Source: Carcharhinus amblyrhynchos (taxonomy: Eukaryota). Taken from it: a stretch of DNA of 64,000 bases. The stretch is from assembly GCA_965287045.1 (NCBI GenBank), contig OZ336870.1, positions 86,490,001 to 86,554,000 on the forward strand, in the 5' to 3' direction. The notes below the pieces were generated by a model. The model worked only from the letters and a program-made list of their open reading frames with translations, was not told the origin of the DNA and did no database searches. Made by a program: the position numbers and the translations under genes. Shown piece by piece: positions 47,742 through 59,805 of this stretch; position 1 is the first letter of the stretch, and each line of letters starts with the position of its first letter.

Positions 47742-48017
47742 TAAAGTTTATTTATTAGTGTCACAAGTGGATTTACATTAACACTACAATGAAGTTGCTG
47801 TGAAAATCTACTAGTCACCATACTCCAGTGCCTGTTTTGGGTACACTGAGGGAGAATTTGGCATGGCCAATGCACCTAATCAGCCCACCTTTTGGACTGT
47901 GGGAGGAAACCCTGGGGAGAATGTGCAAACTCCAAACAGTGACCCCAGCTAGGAATTGAATTTGAGTCCTTGGCATTGTGAGGCAGTAGTGCTAATCACT
48001 GTGCTACTGTGCTGCCC
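47742..48017 (-). mobile_element. HE1-type V-SINE with an alternative 3' tail
   Basis: Head and V-domain as in other copies, but the tail is ...ttttcacagcaacttcattgtagtgttaatgtaa...gtgacactaataaataaac. Confidence 0.85.
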
Positions 48018-48639
48018 AGGAGTAAAACATGAAAAAAGGATGGCATGAAAATAGCCTGCTTCCCCTATGGTTCACAAGGTAAATTTTGGGGATTTATAAG
48101 AAAATGTGCTCAGCACCCTGAAAACTAAATATATCTGCAGGAATCTATCACTGTATTTTAACTTTACCTTATTCTGAAATATTGACTGTTTGGAAAATTG
48201 AGCTATTTTTAAATGATCAGTTTCCAAAGGATATTGCAGGACAAGAAAATGTGGTGACTGTTGAAAAGTTTACATGTTTATTTTGTAAACATTTCTATAT
48301 GTTGCAAATGTACTAATATAGAAGACTTCATGTATGTTTAGTTTGTTTCAAAACTCTTATTTGTAATGTATGAAACATTCTTATAGGTAAAATTTTTTTT
48401 TGCATTGTGAACCACAGCCAGAACCAAAAGATGCAATATTATTTGCTTGTGTAAGGAAAATAAAATTCATTTACCATTTTATGAATGAAATAGCTACAGT
48501 GGTAGATAGGAAATAAACCTGCATTTGTAAACCCATTTATTCTATTGAAGTCAGGTTACAAACTTGAGGGTATCTTATTCAAGAAGTACAATTGACTACA
48601 TTTAATGTACAGTGTAAGTGCTATGTTCATGTAGAGCTT

Positions 48640-48911
48640 GTAACACCTCTAAATAGTTCAGTCAGGTTTGTCAGGCTTAACCTACTCTTTATAAAAACCA
48701 GAAAACCAATGATGCAGAACAGCTGTACAAGGGGAGTCAGCATTGTAGGGAAACTGAATATAGGAATGTATTGAGGGAGGAATGCATTTGAGGGAGCAGC
48801 GCTCTGAAAGCTAGTGACTTGTGCTACCAAATAAATCTGTTGGACTTTAACCTGGTGTTGTGAGACTTCTTACTGTGTTTACTGCAATCCAACGCCGACA
48901 TCTCCATATCG
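48640..48911 (+). mobile_element. Chimeric PLE insertion: captured local DNA plus PLE 3' end
   Basis: TSD tgtagagctt (48630-48639 / 48912-48921). 48655-48727 matches 46962-47034 at 71/73. The PLE terminus starts at about 48789. Confidence 0.85.
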
Positions 48912-50712
48912 TGTAGAGCTTAACAGGATTTGTATTGCTCAGTTGACAGTAAAAACACATGTCTGTGAAGTTTCTCTCAATCTACAAGTTTCCAGAGAAA
49001 TGAATCCGTTAGCTACGATGTACAAATAACCAATCAGCATGATCAGGTCATTGGAAATATCCCAAGCTCCAGCACTGCAACCATCAACAATTTCAGTCAA
49101 TGGACCTATTTGGTTAACAGTCAAAGGCACAGTTTGCTTTTTCGAGTATCAATGGACAAAAACTACTAAAAATTTGTGTCAGTTGAAATAGTGGAAAAAA
49201 TGCAGAAATTATATATGTCCTGATACCTTTGTGAAATAAATGTAGTCAATAACAAGTAAGTAGAACTTGTATAGTGGAGGAAACGTGTGCTATACGTTCT
49301 GAGGCATGGTATCTGTTACAAAATAGTAGACTTTTGTATTTGAAGAGGAAATCTTAAATAGCTGTTTACAAACTCTGAAGGTATTTGTTATATTTATTTT
49401 TGGGATACAAGCAGAGCTAGCTGAGTTTATTACCTATTTATTGCTGGTTGTCCTGAGAAGGTGGGTGGGGTGGGGTCAATTGGGCACGGGAGGATCGGGG
49501 TGGATTTACACTTGAGCCACTGCAGCTGTCGTGCTCGTGGCGCTGGTGTTAGTGAAGGATTCCAAGATATTGACACAATATTGCCCATTAAGCATTGGGT
49601 CAAGAGTTTCCAGTGCAAATTGCTCAAAATTTCTCAGTTACGTATTACATTAAAATCACAGTTTGGTGAAACTCATTGTCTTTATTTGTCCAGAGCATTG
49701 ATTTTGTCAGTTAGTTGAGCTCTGTATTGCCAGAACTTGTGATCCAAACTGAGACTAGAATCCAGCAAGTTAATTACTCCTGAATATGAAATGCCATCTA
49801 CACTGTTACTATTGGCTATGTCACATGCAATTAAAAGTCTAATAATTTGATGACTTCTATTAATTTTAATTCAGTGCTCTCCAGTTGTGCATTATTCTTG
49901 CCTTCAGAGCTGTGATGTAGACATGTTTTTAAAAGGAAAATTATTCAAAGGTTATTCACGTTTAGATTTCATTTATGGGGTGACTTTACTTATATTGCAG
50001 ATGACTTGGGTGAGGGAACAGCAGATGGACAGTATTTTAATGCAGAGCGTTATAACTAATTCATTATACTTTCTATTGTCGGGCAGAGGTCCATTGTGCA
50101 TATACATTTTGACACAAAGAAGGAAAATTATAGATTGACTCAACCAGCCTTAGTGTGTGACCAGGCGGCTTGCTGCAGTATTGAGACCTGGAATAAAATC
50201 ATCTACATTTTGTTTGGTGTTTGGCATTAGTTCTGTGTAAAAGTGAAAGGAAAGCAGTTTATGAATGGGCATGGAATTTTTTAAAAATGTAACCCGAGAT
50301 CAAATGCCTGACTTGGAAATTGAATTAAAATGACAATTTCTGTGGAATATGTTTTCCTATGTCCACTAATTCTAATCAAAAAATAGAAATGAGTATTAAT
50401 TGACATCCTCTGCTGTATAATTGTTTCTATTATTTTGCTAAAATTAATAAAGAGAAAATAGTAGTTTACTTTATGGCATTAAAGTCTCCCTACTTTACAT
50501 GTGGGGAAAATAGGACATGAAAATGCATTATGTTCACGATTTGTTGTAATTTCATGTGATGTGACGCATATTTTGTGTTGTGATGTAGTTGTACTTCGGC
50601 GTGCCATCTGACAAAACATCTTTTACTGATCTAGAGCATTGATTTGCAAGAATGTTCGTTGTCAATGATTTTACTTAGCTTACACGCTCTTTTTTTATTT
50701 GTTTCTATCAAG

Positions 50713-50744
50713 CTTGACATAGAGCCAAAGCTACAGCAGGGCAG
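50713..50744 (+). CDS. Candidate 32-nt internal exon of an unidentified host gene (LDIEPKLQQG)
   Basis: Long pyrimidine tract (50687-50709) + AG. Strong donor CAG|GTATGT. One open frame. Lies in a repeat-free stretch. Protein not recognised. Confidence 0.45.
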
Positions 50745-51019
50745 GTATGTGATGTATGTGTAGATAATGCTCTGTACCATAACAGAGATTTTATCTTTGT
50801 TTTCTCTGTCTGTTCATCTAGCTGGACAAATAACTTCAATGTTTGTGTTACTGATCTTGAGTGCAGTGTGCTTGGTTTCTTTATTAGAAAGTCTTTTTAA
50901 AGGTGAAAACTTGATTGTGTTACAAAAGTTAGGATAGATCTGGTCTTAACTTGATACAATTGTACTCATTAAGGTAAGAAACCACAGTACACTTATTTTT
51001 ACATTTGTAGACATTTAAA

Positions 51020-51140
51020 GGGAACTTTCTTGTCCTGCCCGCCACAGGAATTGTAGCACGTGCAGGGCGGACATGCAAAGATCCATTGATCTTGGGCAGG
51101 ATTTTATGGTTTTGGGTGAGTGCAGCTGGAAAATCTTGTC
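51020..51140. mobile_element. Short MITE-like non-autonomous element; a similar element at about 51389-51525
   Basis: Degenerate inverted ends (ggaactttc...gaaaatc). A related reverse copy lies at about 37215-37345. Confidence 0.45.
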
Positions 51141-52388
51141 TTTCGCATTTATGACCAAAATCTTCAGTCCTCGTTTGCAGCTGGGATTGTTTGGTGCTGC
51201 TGAAAGTTAATGAAGCTTTGGCTGGAATGTCACATTTTCCATTCTTCCTTGCAACAGATCCCACCATAAGTGAGACCAAAGAATCCCACCCTATAGGTTT
51301 GGTATATGTAGCACTGCGACATACGGCTACCTTTACTATGCTACAACTGCATGATGAATTTTCCATGGTGGTGGTGCTGTTGGTCGGTGGCAGGGTCTTC
51401 TATTCCCACCATTGCCAACGGAGTTTACCATTGAATGCACCCTTTGCCACATTGGAAACCTACGGTGGGGGTGCACTTTCACAGGATCAAAAGATCCGGT
51501 GTGAACAGCTGGAACGTTCTGTCCCCCACTGTGTGATTACTGTGTGCTACTGCAATGTTGCTAGTTCTCCATTTCCCATGACAAACATTCTTGGCACACG
51601 TAGAAAGTGGACAAAATGCTAACATCTTCACAAAAGCAGACAGTTCAAGGAGAGCTTTAATTATAAATGTAATAGAGAGGAGATGGCTGGGAAGAGGTTT
51701 AAGAGTTCTTGTGCGTGGTCACTGTAAACTTTTGAATCTTGTATTGAAAATGGTGCATTCTAGTTGATTTTAAACACTTTTTAACTCACAGTTGGTAACA
51801 TTTTAATCCTTTTTTTAAGAAAAAGGAAAAGCAAAATGGTCGTTAGATGTTCATCATGCCACCATTTCTCTGAAATCTACCTCAACACTCTGGTCATATT
51901 TTAATCCTCTGCCCTAGTTCACAGCAGCGTTCTGTTTCTGGGTACTGGTAAGGGATGCTACCCCTCCTACCTTGTTGGTGCTTTTCACTCTCTTTGCCCC
52001 AAATCCACTTCAGGCTAGAACTCTTCTTCCTCCATTGCCCCTCTCCCTGCTCCAATCCAGATCAAGCTTCACACTGTCCTTCTTTCCCACTTACCCTGCC
52101 TTTATACCCCCTCCCTGCATTCATCCCTTTGTTCATCCACACTGACATTATTTTCCCGCTCCTTCAAGCTGCTGCTCTTTTCCCCTCCTGGCCAATGCTG
52201 GCACCCTGCCCTCTGTACCTTTAAAGTCGAAGCTTGCAGTCTTCTTCCTTTCTTACCTCAAAAACAACAACTTGCAATTATATGGCAACCTTGATGAAAT
52301 AAATATGTTCTGGGGCTTCACAAGAGGCATAATTAAACAAATTTTGACACTTTCAAAATCTGCTCCCTGTTTTCCTCATCACCCTTAA

Positions 52389-54864
52389 AGAACATAAGAA
52401 CATAAGAAATAGGAGCAGGAGTAGGCCATCTAGCCCTTCGAGCCTGCCCCGCCATTCAATAAGATCATGGCTGATCTGTCGTGGCTCAGTTCCACTTTCC
52501 CGCCCTCTCCCCATAACCCTTAATCCCCTCTCTTATCAAGAACCCATCAACCCGCTTCTTAAAAATATTTAGCGAGGCAGCCTCCACCACTTCAACGGGC
52601 AGAGAATTCCAGAGATTCACCACCCTTTGAGTGAAGAAGTTCCTCCTCAACTCCGTTCTAAACCGCCTCCCCTTTATCTTGAGGCTGTGCCCCCTAGTCC
52701 TACTGTCTTTTTTGAGCGGGAAGAGTCTCTCCACCTCTATCCTATCCATCCCATTCATCATCTTATACGTCTCAATGAGATCTCCCCTCATTCTTCTAAA
52801 CTCTAACGAGTACAAGCCTAATTTATTCAGCCTCTCCTCATAGCTCAATCCCCTCAACTCCGGTATCAGCCTAGTAAACCTCCTCTGCACTCCCTCCAGG
52901 GCCAAAATATCCTTGCGCAGGTGCGGCGCCCAAAACTGCACACAGTACTCCAGCTGCGGCCTCACCAATGCCCTATACAGCTGCAGCAAGACCTCCCTAC
53001 TTTTATATTCAATCCCCCTCGCTATGAAGGCCAGCATCCCATTCGCCTTCCTGACCACCTGCTGCACCTGCAAGCTGGGTTTTTGCGACTCATGCACAAG
53101 GACCCCGAGGTCCCTCTGCACCGTCGCCTGCTGCAGTTTTTCGCCCCGTAAGTAATAGTCCTTCCTACCATTCTTCCTACCAAAGTGGACCACCTCGCAC
53201 TTGCCAACATTAAATTCCATTTGCCATTTCCTGGCCCATTCGCCCAGCCTATCTAGATCCTTCTGCAGACTCTCCACACCCTCTGCACAATTTGCCTTTC
53301 CCCCAATCTTGGTGTCCTCAGCAAATTTCGACACCCTGCACTCGGTTCCCTCCTCCAGATCATCTATATAAATGGTAAATAGCTGAGGCCCCAGCACCGA
53401 CCCCTGGGGCACCCCACTAGTCACCAACCGCCAATCCGAATAGCACCCATTGACCCCCACTCTCTGCCTCCTATTTGACAACCAATCCTCTATCCACGCT
53501 AACACCCTACCCCCAACTCCATGTCCCCTGACCTTCTGCAATAACCTCTTGTGAGGTACCTTGTCAAACGCCTTCTGAAAATCCAGAAAGACCACATCCA
53601 CCGGCTCTCCTCTATCCACTGCCCTAGACACATCCTCATAGAACTCCAGTAAATTTGTCAGACACGACTTCCCTTTAATGAAACTGTGTTGCATCTGCCC
53701 TATCAAGCAATCCCCTTCAAGATGCCTCGCAATTTCCTCCTTAATGACGGATTCTAACATTTTACCTACCACAGACGTTAAACTAACCGGCCTATAATTC
53801 CCCGCCTTTTGCCTGACACCCTTCTTAAACAACGGCGTAACATTAGCCGTTTTCCAATCTTCCGGCACTTCCCCGGAATCCAGCGATGTCTGGAAAATAA
53901 CCACCAAGGCATCCACTATAACCTCCGCCATTTCTTTCAGAACCCTCGGATGCATTCCATCCGGTCCTGGCGACTTGTCCACAATCAGCCCCTCCAGTCT
54001 GTCGAGCACCAGCTCTCTAGTAACAGTAATGTCATTAAGACCCTCCAGTCCTACCACCTTTCCATCGCTAACACCCGGCAAATTATTCACGTCCTCCTCC
54101 ATGAAGACAGAAACAAAAAAGTTATTCAAGACCTTAGCCATTTCCCCATCCCCTACCACTAGGTCCCCTTTCTCATCCTCTAAAGGACCAACGTTCACCC
54201 TAGCCAGCCTCTTCCTTTTTATATATTTATAAAAACTCTTGCTATCCTTTTTTATATTAAGTGCTAGCCCAGCTTCATAGCTTCTCCTACCCTCCTTTAT
54301 CAACTTCTTTTTCAATCTTTGTTGACATTTAAACCTTTCCCAATCCTCTTCTCGCCCACTGCTCTTAGCTACTCTAAATGCCTCCGCTTTTAATTTAACA
54401 CTTTCCTTCACCTTCTTCGTTATCCACGGCTTATTACCTCTCCTCCTACAGTCCTTTTTGACCATCGGAATAAATTTCTGCTGAGCACCAAGAAAGATCT
54501 CCTTAAAGATCCTCCACTGCTCCTCAGCAGACCTACCTTCCAACGCGCTCCCCCAGTCCACATTCGCCAATTCTTCTCTCATCCTACTATACTCCCCTCT
54601 ATTCAAACAGAGGACGCGTGTCCGGGAACCCACTTTCTCCTCCTCCATCTGCAACAGAAACTCCACCATGCAATGATCACTCTCTCCAAGAGGATCCTTC
54701 ACCGCAAGGTCCCTAATTCTACCTGCCTCATTACATAGCACCAGATCCAAGATAGCTCGCTCCCTCATCGGCTCCAACACACACTGTTCAAGGAAATTAT
54801 CCCGGCAGCATTCCAAGAACTCCTCCTCGAGCCCACCTCATCCAACATGGGTTGACCAATCAAT
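52389..54864 (-). mobile_element. 5'-truncated young CR1 LINE (family A), 2.5 kb
   Basis: (aacataag)n tail at 52389 and an uninterrupted 776-codon ORF2 segment. Confidence 0.97.
52486..54816 (-). CDS. CR1 ORF2 fragment (end of AP endonuclease, RT, C-terminal domain); probably non-functional
   Basis: ILDLVL and LGESDH (endonuclease). [37 protein letters not shown]. Catalytic motif reads FAED rather than FADD. The N-terminal endonuclease is missing. Confidence 0.9.
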   Translation of the reverse strand: MECCRDNFLEQCVLEPMRERAILDLVLCNEAGRIRDLAVKDPLGESDHCMVEFLLQMEEEKVGSRTRVLCLNRGEYSRMREELANVDWGSALEGRSAEEQWRIFKEIFLGAQQKFIPMVKKDCRRRGNKPWITKKVKESVKLKAEAFRVAKSSGREEDWERFKCQQRLKKKLIKEGRRSYEAGLALNIKKDSKSFYKYIKRKRLARVNVGPLEDEKGDLVVGDGEMAKVLNNFFVSVFMEEDVNNLPGVSDGKVVGLEGLNDITVTRELVLDRLEGLIVDKSPGPDGMHPRVLKEMAEVIVDALVVIFQTSLDSGEVPEDWKTANVTPLFKKGVRQKAGNYRPVSLTSVVGKMLESVIKEEIARHLEGDCLIGQMQHSFIKGKSCLTNLLEFYEDVSRAVDRGEPVDVVFLDFQKAFDKVPHKRLLQKVRGHGVGGRVLAWIEDWLSNRRQRVGVNGCYSDWRLVTSGVPQGSVLGPQLFTIYIDDLEEGTECRVSKFAEDTKIGGKANCAEGVESLQKDLDRLGEWARKWQMEFNVGKCEVVHFGRKNGRKDYYLRGEKLQQATVQRDLGVLVHESQKPSLQVQQVVRKANGMLAFIARGIEYKSREVLLQLYRALVRPQLEYCVQFWAPHLRKDILALEGVQRRFTRLIPELRGLSYEERLNKLGLYSLEFRRMRGDLIETYKMMNGMDRIEVERLFPLKKDSRTRGHSLKIKGRRFRTELRRNFFTQRVVNLWNSLPVEVVEAASLNIFKKRVDGFLIREGIKGYGERAGKWN

Positions 54865-54990
54865 AACAAAGAACAACACAGCACAGGAAACAGGCCCTTC
54901 GGCCCAACGAGCCTGCACCGCCATTTCAACATTGTGAGTCCCCTCTCCACCCACGACCCTTGTCTATGCTTTTGGCACTCCTCGTGCTCG
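54865..54990 (-). mobile_element. Short CR1/SINE-type 3' tail abutting the 5' end of the young CR1
   Basis: aacaaagaacaacacagcacaggaaacaggcccttcggccc matches the tails at 15620 and 59810. Confidence 0.7.
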
Positions 54991-56889
54991 ATCATTCATT
55001 TCCCCTTCTCTCTTACCTTCATTACCATTCATTTCTCTTTTTTCTGGGAAATTTTGTGCCATTAAGTTGCAGTTGTTTGCTTGTGACTGCTGAAATAGTT
55101 TAATTTGTCTCCCCTAACAACAGACAAAGTCAAATGTCACCTCACACTTCAAGCTGAGATATGGTTCGGACCTAATTTCAACAGTTGGAAGGGTGTGTTT
55201 TTTGCATAATTTCCCTTTGTTGCCAAAGTATAGTTTTCTAATAAATATGTGTTTCAGAGCTGTAAAATAATTTTCTTAAATCCTTCTCTAACTCATGTGG
55301 TTGTGTATTGCAACAGAAGCAAACTCCAAATTGAATCAAAACCAGAGTTCTGTAGCACCAACCTAGCATTGCTTTGTACCGCGCTGCAATGTTATAGAAT
55401 TATTTGCTGTTATCGGGCTTTTAGTTTTGAAAATAAGGTCATTTATTGCTTAGAATGCTGTAATTTGTTCTTGGGATAATACTCAGCAACACACGTTGCA
55501 TTGGTGCCTTATTTATTTACTTAAGCTCCCAAAGTGAGTTAGACACCCAGCTGGAGCTGTGCACCATTTTATCATTTTAATGTTGGCAAGATTGTTAGTC
55601 TAACCTAATTTTTTTTTGCTTGCCTATCAATTTCTTTTTGTTCTAACCTTGTGTCATTTGGATGGAGGGTCTGACTGCCATTGGACTATTGCTGCCAAGT
55701 TACCAGCATTTTAACTGTGAACATGAGCTCCTGAATATATTTAAGGTCGGAGAGTGGGGAATTTGTTAAAATACAAACTCTACCACAATTTCTGACATTC
55801 TAAAGGACTCATTTTATTTCAGCAAATCTGTGCAACCTTTCTTCCACTTTTTCTGTTACTGGCAATCTGTGCTATACCTCCCAAGACCCAGTTGGTATTT
55901 TGCACTCTTGATTTTTGTTTTGCAGTTTAAAGCACCTAATCTCTTTTTAATAGATCACTTGATTTATAATGACCTATGAATGAATTGTCATGTGTAAGTG
56001 TAACTTGATTTTTTCATACCATGCTTGCTTCCCTAATTTTGTAAATCTATGTTGAACATCTGTCTTCTTATCTGAGCTGAAAGACTTAATGCGATGGTGA
56101 AATGGTGCATTTTGCTTCCAGGTAAAATTAGAGATCATTTCATCAGAATCCTCTCAAAGATCACAGTTACAATCAACCTTGATAGTTACCTTATTTTAAT
56201 TGCTATTTTAACAAAAATAATTGAAACATTGAGTACTGATGATGGCAGGTTATTTGCATCAGCATGGAGTTACTAAGCCTAATTTGTTAGGGAGTAAAAT
56301 TAACATCAGAGATGGTTCAATTGTGCGTTATTTGTATAAAACAGTTTTAGTCCTATTTGTCTGGCTTTATCGGATTGAACTCTCTAATACTGGGAGGTTG
56401 TACCTCAATATTCTGCGGTATTCATATATGTGGCCATTTGTGCCTTTCTTCTGCCCTCCTGTAAATTGACCTATCCCCTGCTGAAGGTGGTAACGTTCTG
56501 GGGCCTGGCCCAGTCCCCACTCTTCATGAGTCTAGAAAAATGGTTCTCAGAGTTCTTTGATTGAAGGACACCTTTTAAATTTTACTATATAATGTGGAAG
56601 TGTTACATGTAAAGAGTGTTTCAACTATTTTAAAATAATGGGTATTTACTTAAGGATGTCAGTGAGACGTGTGATTTTGCTTTTCAATGTGGAGTTTGTC
56701 CATTTGCACTGTCTCTTAGTGAGACAGCCAGCCCATTTTCCGCTGCATGAATTGTGGCCTCACTTTGCTCATGTCTTTCACACTGTACCGTAGACCCCTT
56801 GATAGTCCCCACATAAGCCCAGAGGAGCTGCATTTGTAAACCATTGCATAGAAAATGATTAATGAGGATATTGCAATAGGGAACCAAGT

Positions 56890-57060
56890 AACTGTGGCTC
56901 ACTGGTGTCATTCTGTCCTCCTGAGTCAGAATGTTGTTCAGTGGGTTCAAACCTGCTAGTATTTGAGTGTATAATGCAGATTTGACACTTCATTGTAGTT
57001 CTGAAGGAATGTTTCATTGTTGACGATGCTCTGTTAAACCAAGGACCCTCTTTAGAAGTT
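56890..57060 (+). mobile_element. Degenerate Deu-domain SINE head
   Basis: ctgagtcagaa...gtgggttcaa head followed by gacacttca.tgtagt.ctga...gttaaacc.agg, resembling DeuSINE. Confidence 0.5.
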
Positions 57061-58019
57061 CTTCCTTTCTTTGTAGTAGAGCAGATTAGTCAATAATCAG
57101 ACATAGCCACAATCGAACGACATCACAGTCCTGGAATCAAATCTGGGACTTTTCTAGTGTGTATCATGTTTCAGTTTCACCACAGGTAGCACACCTACTT
57201 GAGTCATCAATGGAATGCTGAAACCCCAAGCTAATGGTGAAATATTACCTGTGTTGTAGCCTAAAGACAGTGCATTCAGATCTAAACAGCTTGTATAAAA
57301 AAATGTTTTCTCACATCAGCTTGTGGTTCTTTTGCCAATCACCTTGAATTTATGTCCTTTCTGCCAGAAACAAACTAAACCATTCATAACTTTTGAACAG
57401 CTCTTTGTATCTTTTCTTGATTTACTCTACCCTTAAGGAGAAAAACCTCAATTCCTTCAATTTCTCCACACTATTGAAGTCCTCCATCCTAGGAATCATT
57501 CTTGTAAATCTTTTCTGCACACTGTCCAAAGATTTGTCATGTTTTCAGCAAAATAGAACACAATAGTCAGCTAAGGCCTGATTGTTTATAAAGTTCAGTA
57601 TAACTTTTTTTTAAGATGCCATTCCTCTATTAGTAAAACCTAGGATCCCAGCATATGTGCTTTTCTTTAACAGCTTTTCAACTTAACCAGGAATTGCCAA
57701 CAATATGGATGCTACAACCTGAGATATCCCTGCTTTTGTACCCCTTTAAAATTTTACCATTTAGTTAATATTGGGTCATAGCTTTCTCAGAGTGGCGATC
57801 TACAGTAGATTGCCACTCCATACCCACTTAGCTGTGCTTGATTTCTAAAGTGCCTGACTTGGACCGGGTGAGATCTCAGGCAATAAAGTGCATCCTGGCT
57901 CCCATGGTGAAGTGTAGAAGGAGCAACGGAAGCCCTAGCTACCATAAAGTGGGTGTGTATAAGCGTCCAATTGGAAATACGGGGCAAGAGAGAAGGTAAG
58001 TGTCCAAAGTCAGTGGATG

Positions 58020-58021
<2 letters not shown>

Positions 58022-58082
<61 letters not shown>

Positions 58083-58088
58083 GGGGGG
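58022..58088. repeat. (GT)22 followed by G23
   Basis: Directly visible. Confidence 0.95.
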
Positions 58089-58864
58089 CGGAGGTGTGTG
58101 GGAGTGGAGCAGGTGGGGCGGCGGCGGCGAGATCAGACATTCGTGGGGGTGAGAGAATCAGAGTTTGGGGTGTGGAGTCGGATCGGGGGGGGGGGGGTGA
58201 TGTGAGGTTTGGGGGTCAGGGCCAGGTTGAGGGTTGGAGTGAGGTCAGTTCAAGTTGGGGGGATGGGGTTGGTGGTATTGAGGAGGTGTCTCCTGGCAGT
58301 TTGGTAGTGTGGGAGGTGTCCCCAGTGGGGCTTGGGCTTGGGTCTTGGTCTTTAAAATAATTACACTGAAGTTGGAAGTGCTTTTATTTATTCTGACTCT
58401 TTCAGAATAACTGTTAGTATATCACTGGCAGAACCGTGACTTAATTCGCTTTGCCAGATAATTCCCAGTGCAATTATCCGAGGGAAGCTAGCACTTCTGG
58501 GCAAATGCTTTCTTAAGAACTTCAGAAAGGGATTTCCCAGTGCTGCTTTGGGGTACTGATGCTGGAGAGTCAATAAGTTATGGGCTGTTGTTTCTTCTCA
58601 TTCTTCCAACCAAAATGTATCACTTCTCTCTCTGCATTATATTTTTGCACACTATATGTAGGCTTATTTTAGCAGTCTCTCTATGTCCTCCTGAAGCCTG
58701 TTGCTATCTTCACCATTTCCGAGTTTCATGTTATTTGCAAATTTAGAAGTGTACTCAAGTCTGATTATTCACATCAAAAAGAGTAGTGACCCAAATTCTG
58801 ACACCTGAGAGCACATCACTTGAGTCTAAAAAGCAACAGTTTACTATGACTCTCTGCTCCATAG

Positions 58865-59720
58865 TCATAAAAACATGGAGAATAGAAGCAGGAGAAGGCC
58901 ACTTGGCCTTTTGAGCCTGCTCTGCTATTCATTTTGACCATGTCTGATCATCAAATTCATTTTCTAATCCCCTTACCTCCCATATCTCTTGATTCCTTTA
59001 GCCCCAGGAGTTATGCCTAATTTCTTCTTGAAATCACACAATGTTTTGGCCTCAACTATTTCCTGTGGTAGTGAATTCCACACACTCACCACTCTCTGGG
59101 TAAGGAAATGTCTCGTCACCTCAATCCTAAAAGGTTTAACCCTTATCCTCCAAGTATGACCTCTAGTTCTGGACTCTCCCACCATCGGGAAAATTCTTTC
59201 TGAATCCACCCTGTCTAATCCTGTTAGAATTTTATAAGTTTCTATGAGATTTACTCTCACTCTTCTAAATTCCAATGAATAAAAATGATCAAAAATGTTG
59301 TATTCATGTTGCCCTTGTTCCTTTAATTCCACAGGCTTTAGTTTTGCTAACAAGTCTGGTTTGCATGATATTTTGTCAAATGGCTTTTGAAAGTCCATAA
59401 ACATAACCACAATGCCTTCAGCAGTCCTCTCCCTTAATTCATCAAAGAACTTGATCAAATCAGTCAAAAGTGGCTTAGGTCTGTCCTGATTTTCATTTAT
59501 GAGTCCATACTTTTCCAAACCAGATTATTGTTGGTTTCCCCACCACTGACATTGGGCTGATTGGTCTCTAATTGCTGACTTTATCCTCCTCCCCCTTTTA
59601 AAAATGTGGTGTCACATTTACAGCCTACAGTTTTCAGTCTTCTGGCACCATCCCAGGTGGATTGAAAGAGTCTTTGCGATTTTAATTCTTCCTTCAGTAA
59701 CTCAAGATGCAGGTTAGGTG
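58865..59720 (-). mobile_element. CR1 fragments (3' end fused to an older RT part)
   Basis: ORF 58973-59518: FMDFQKPFDK joined to YSLEFRR...LIETYKIL...SRTRGH. Confidence 0.85.
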
Positions 59721-59805
59721 ATTTTTCAGCTTTGAGGATTGTCAACCTTTTAAGTCAACTTCTTCATTGGATTTGATCCCGAAGGCTGGTGTTATTGCAG
59801 CTTCA

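Noticed and set aside
52631-54232. Several + strand ORFs of 70-117 aa
   Set aside because: Antisense shadows of the GC-rich CR1 ORF2, repeated in the other CR1 copies.
57787-58360. Pro/His-Thr and Val-Cys/Gly repeat ORFs
   Set aside because: Translations of the (GT)n and poly-G runs.
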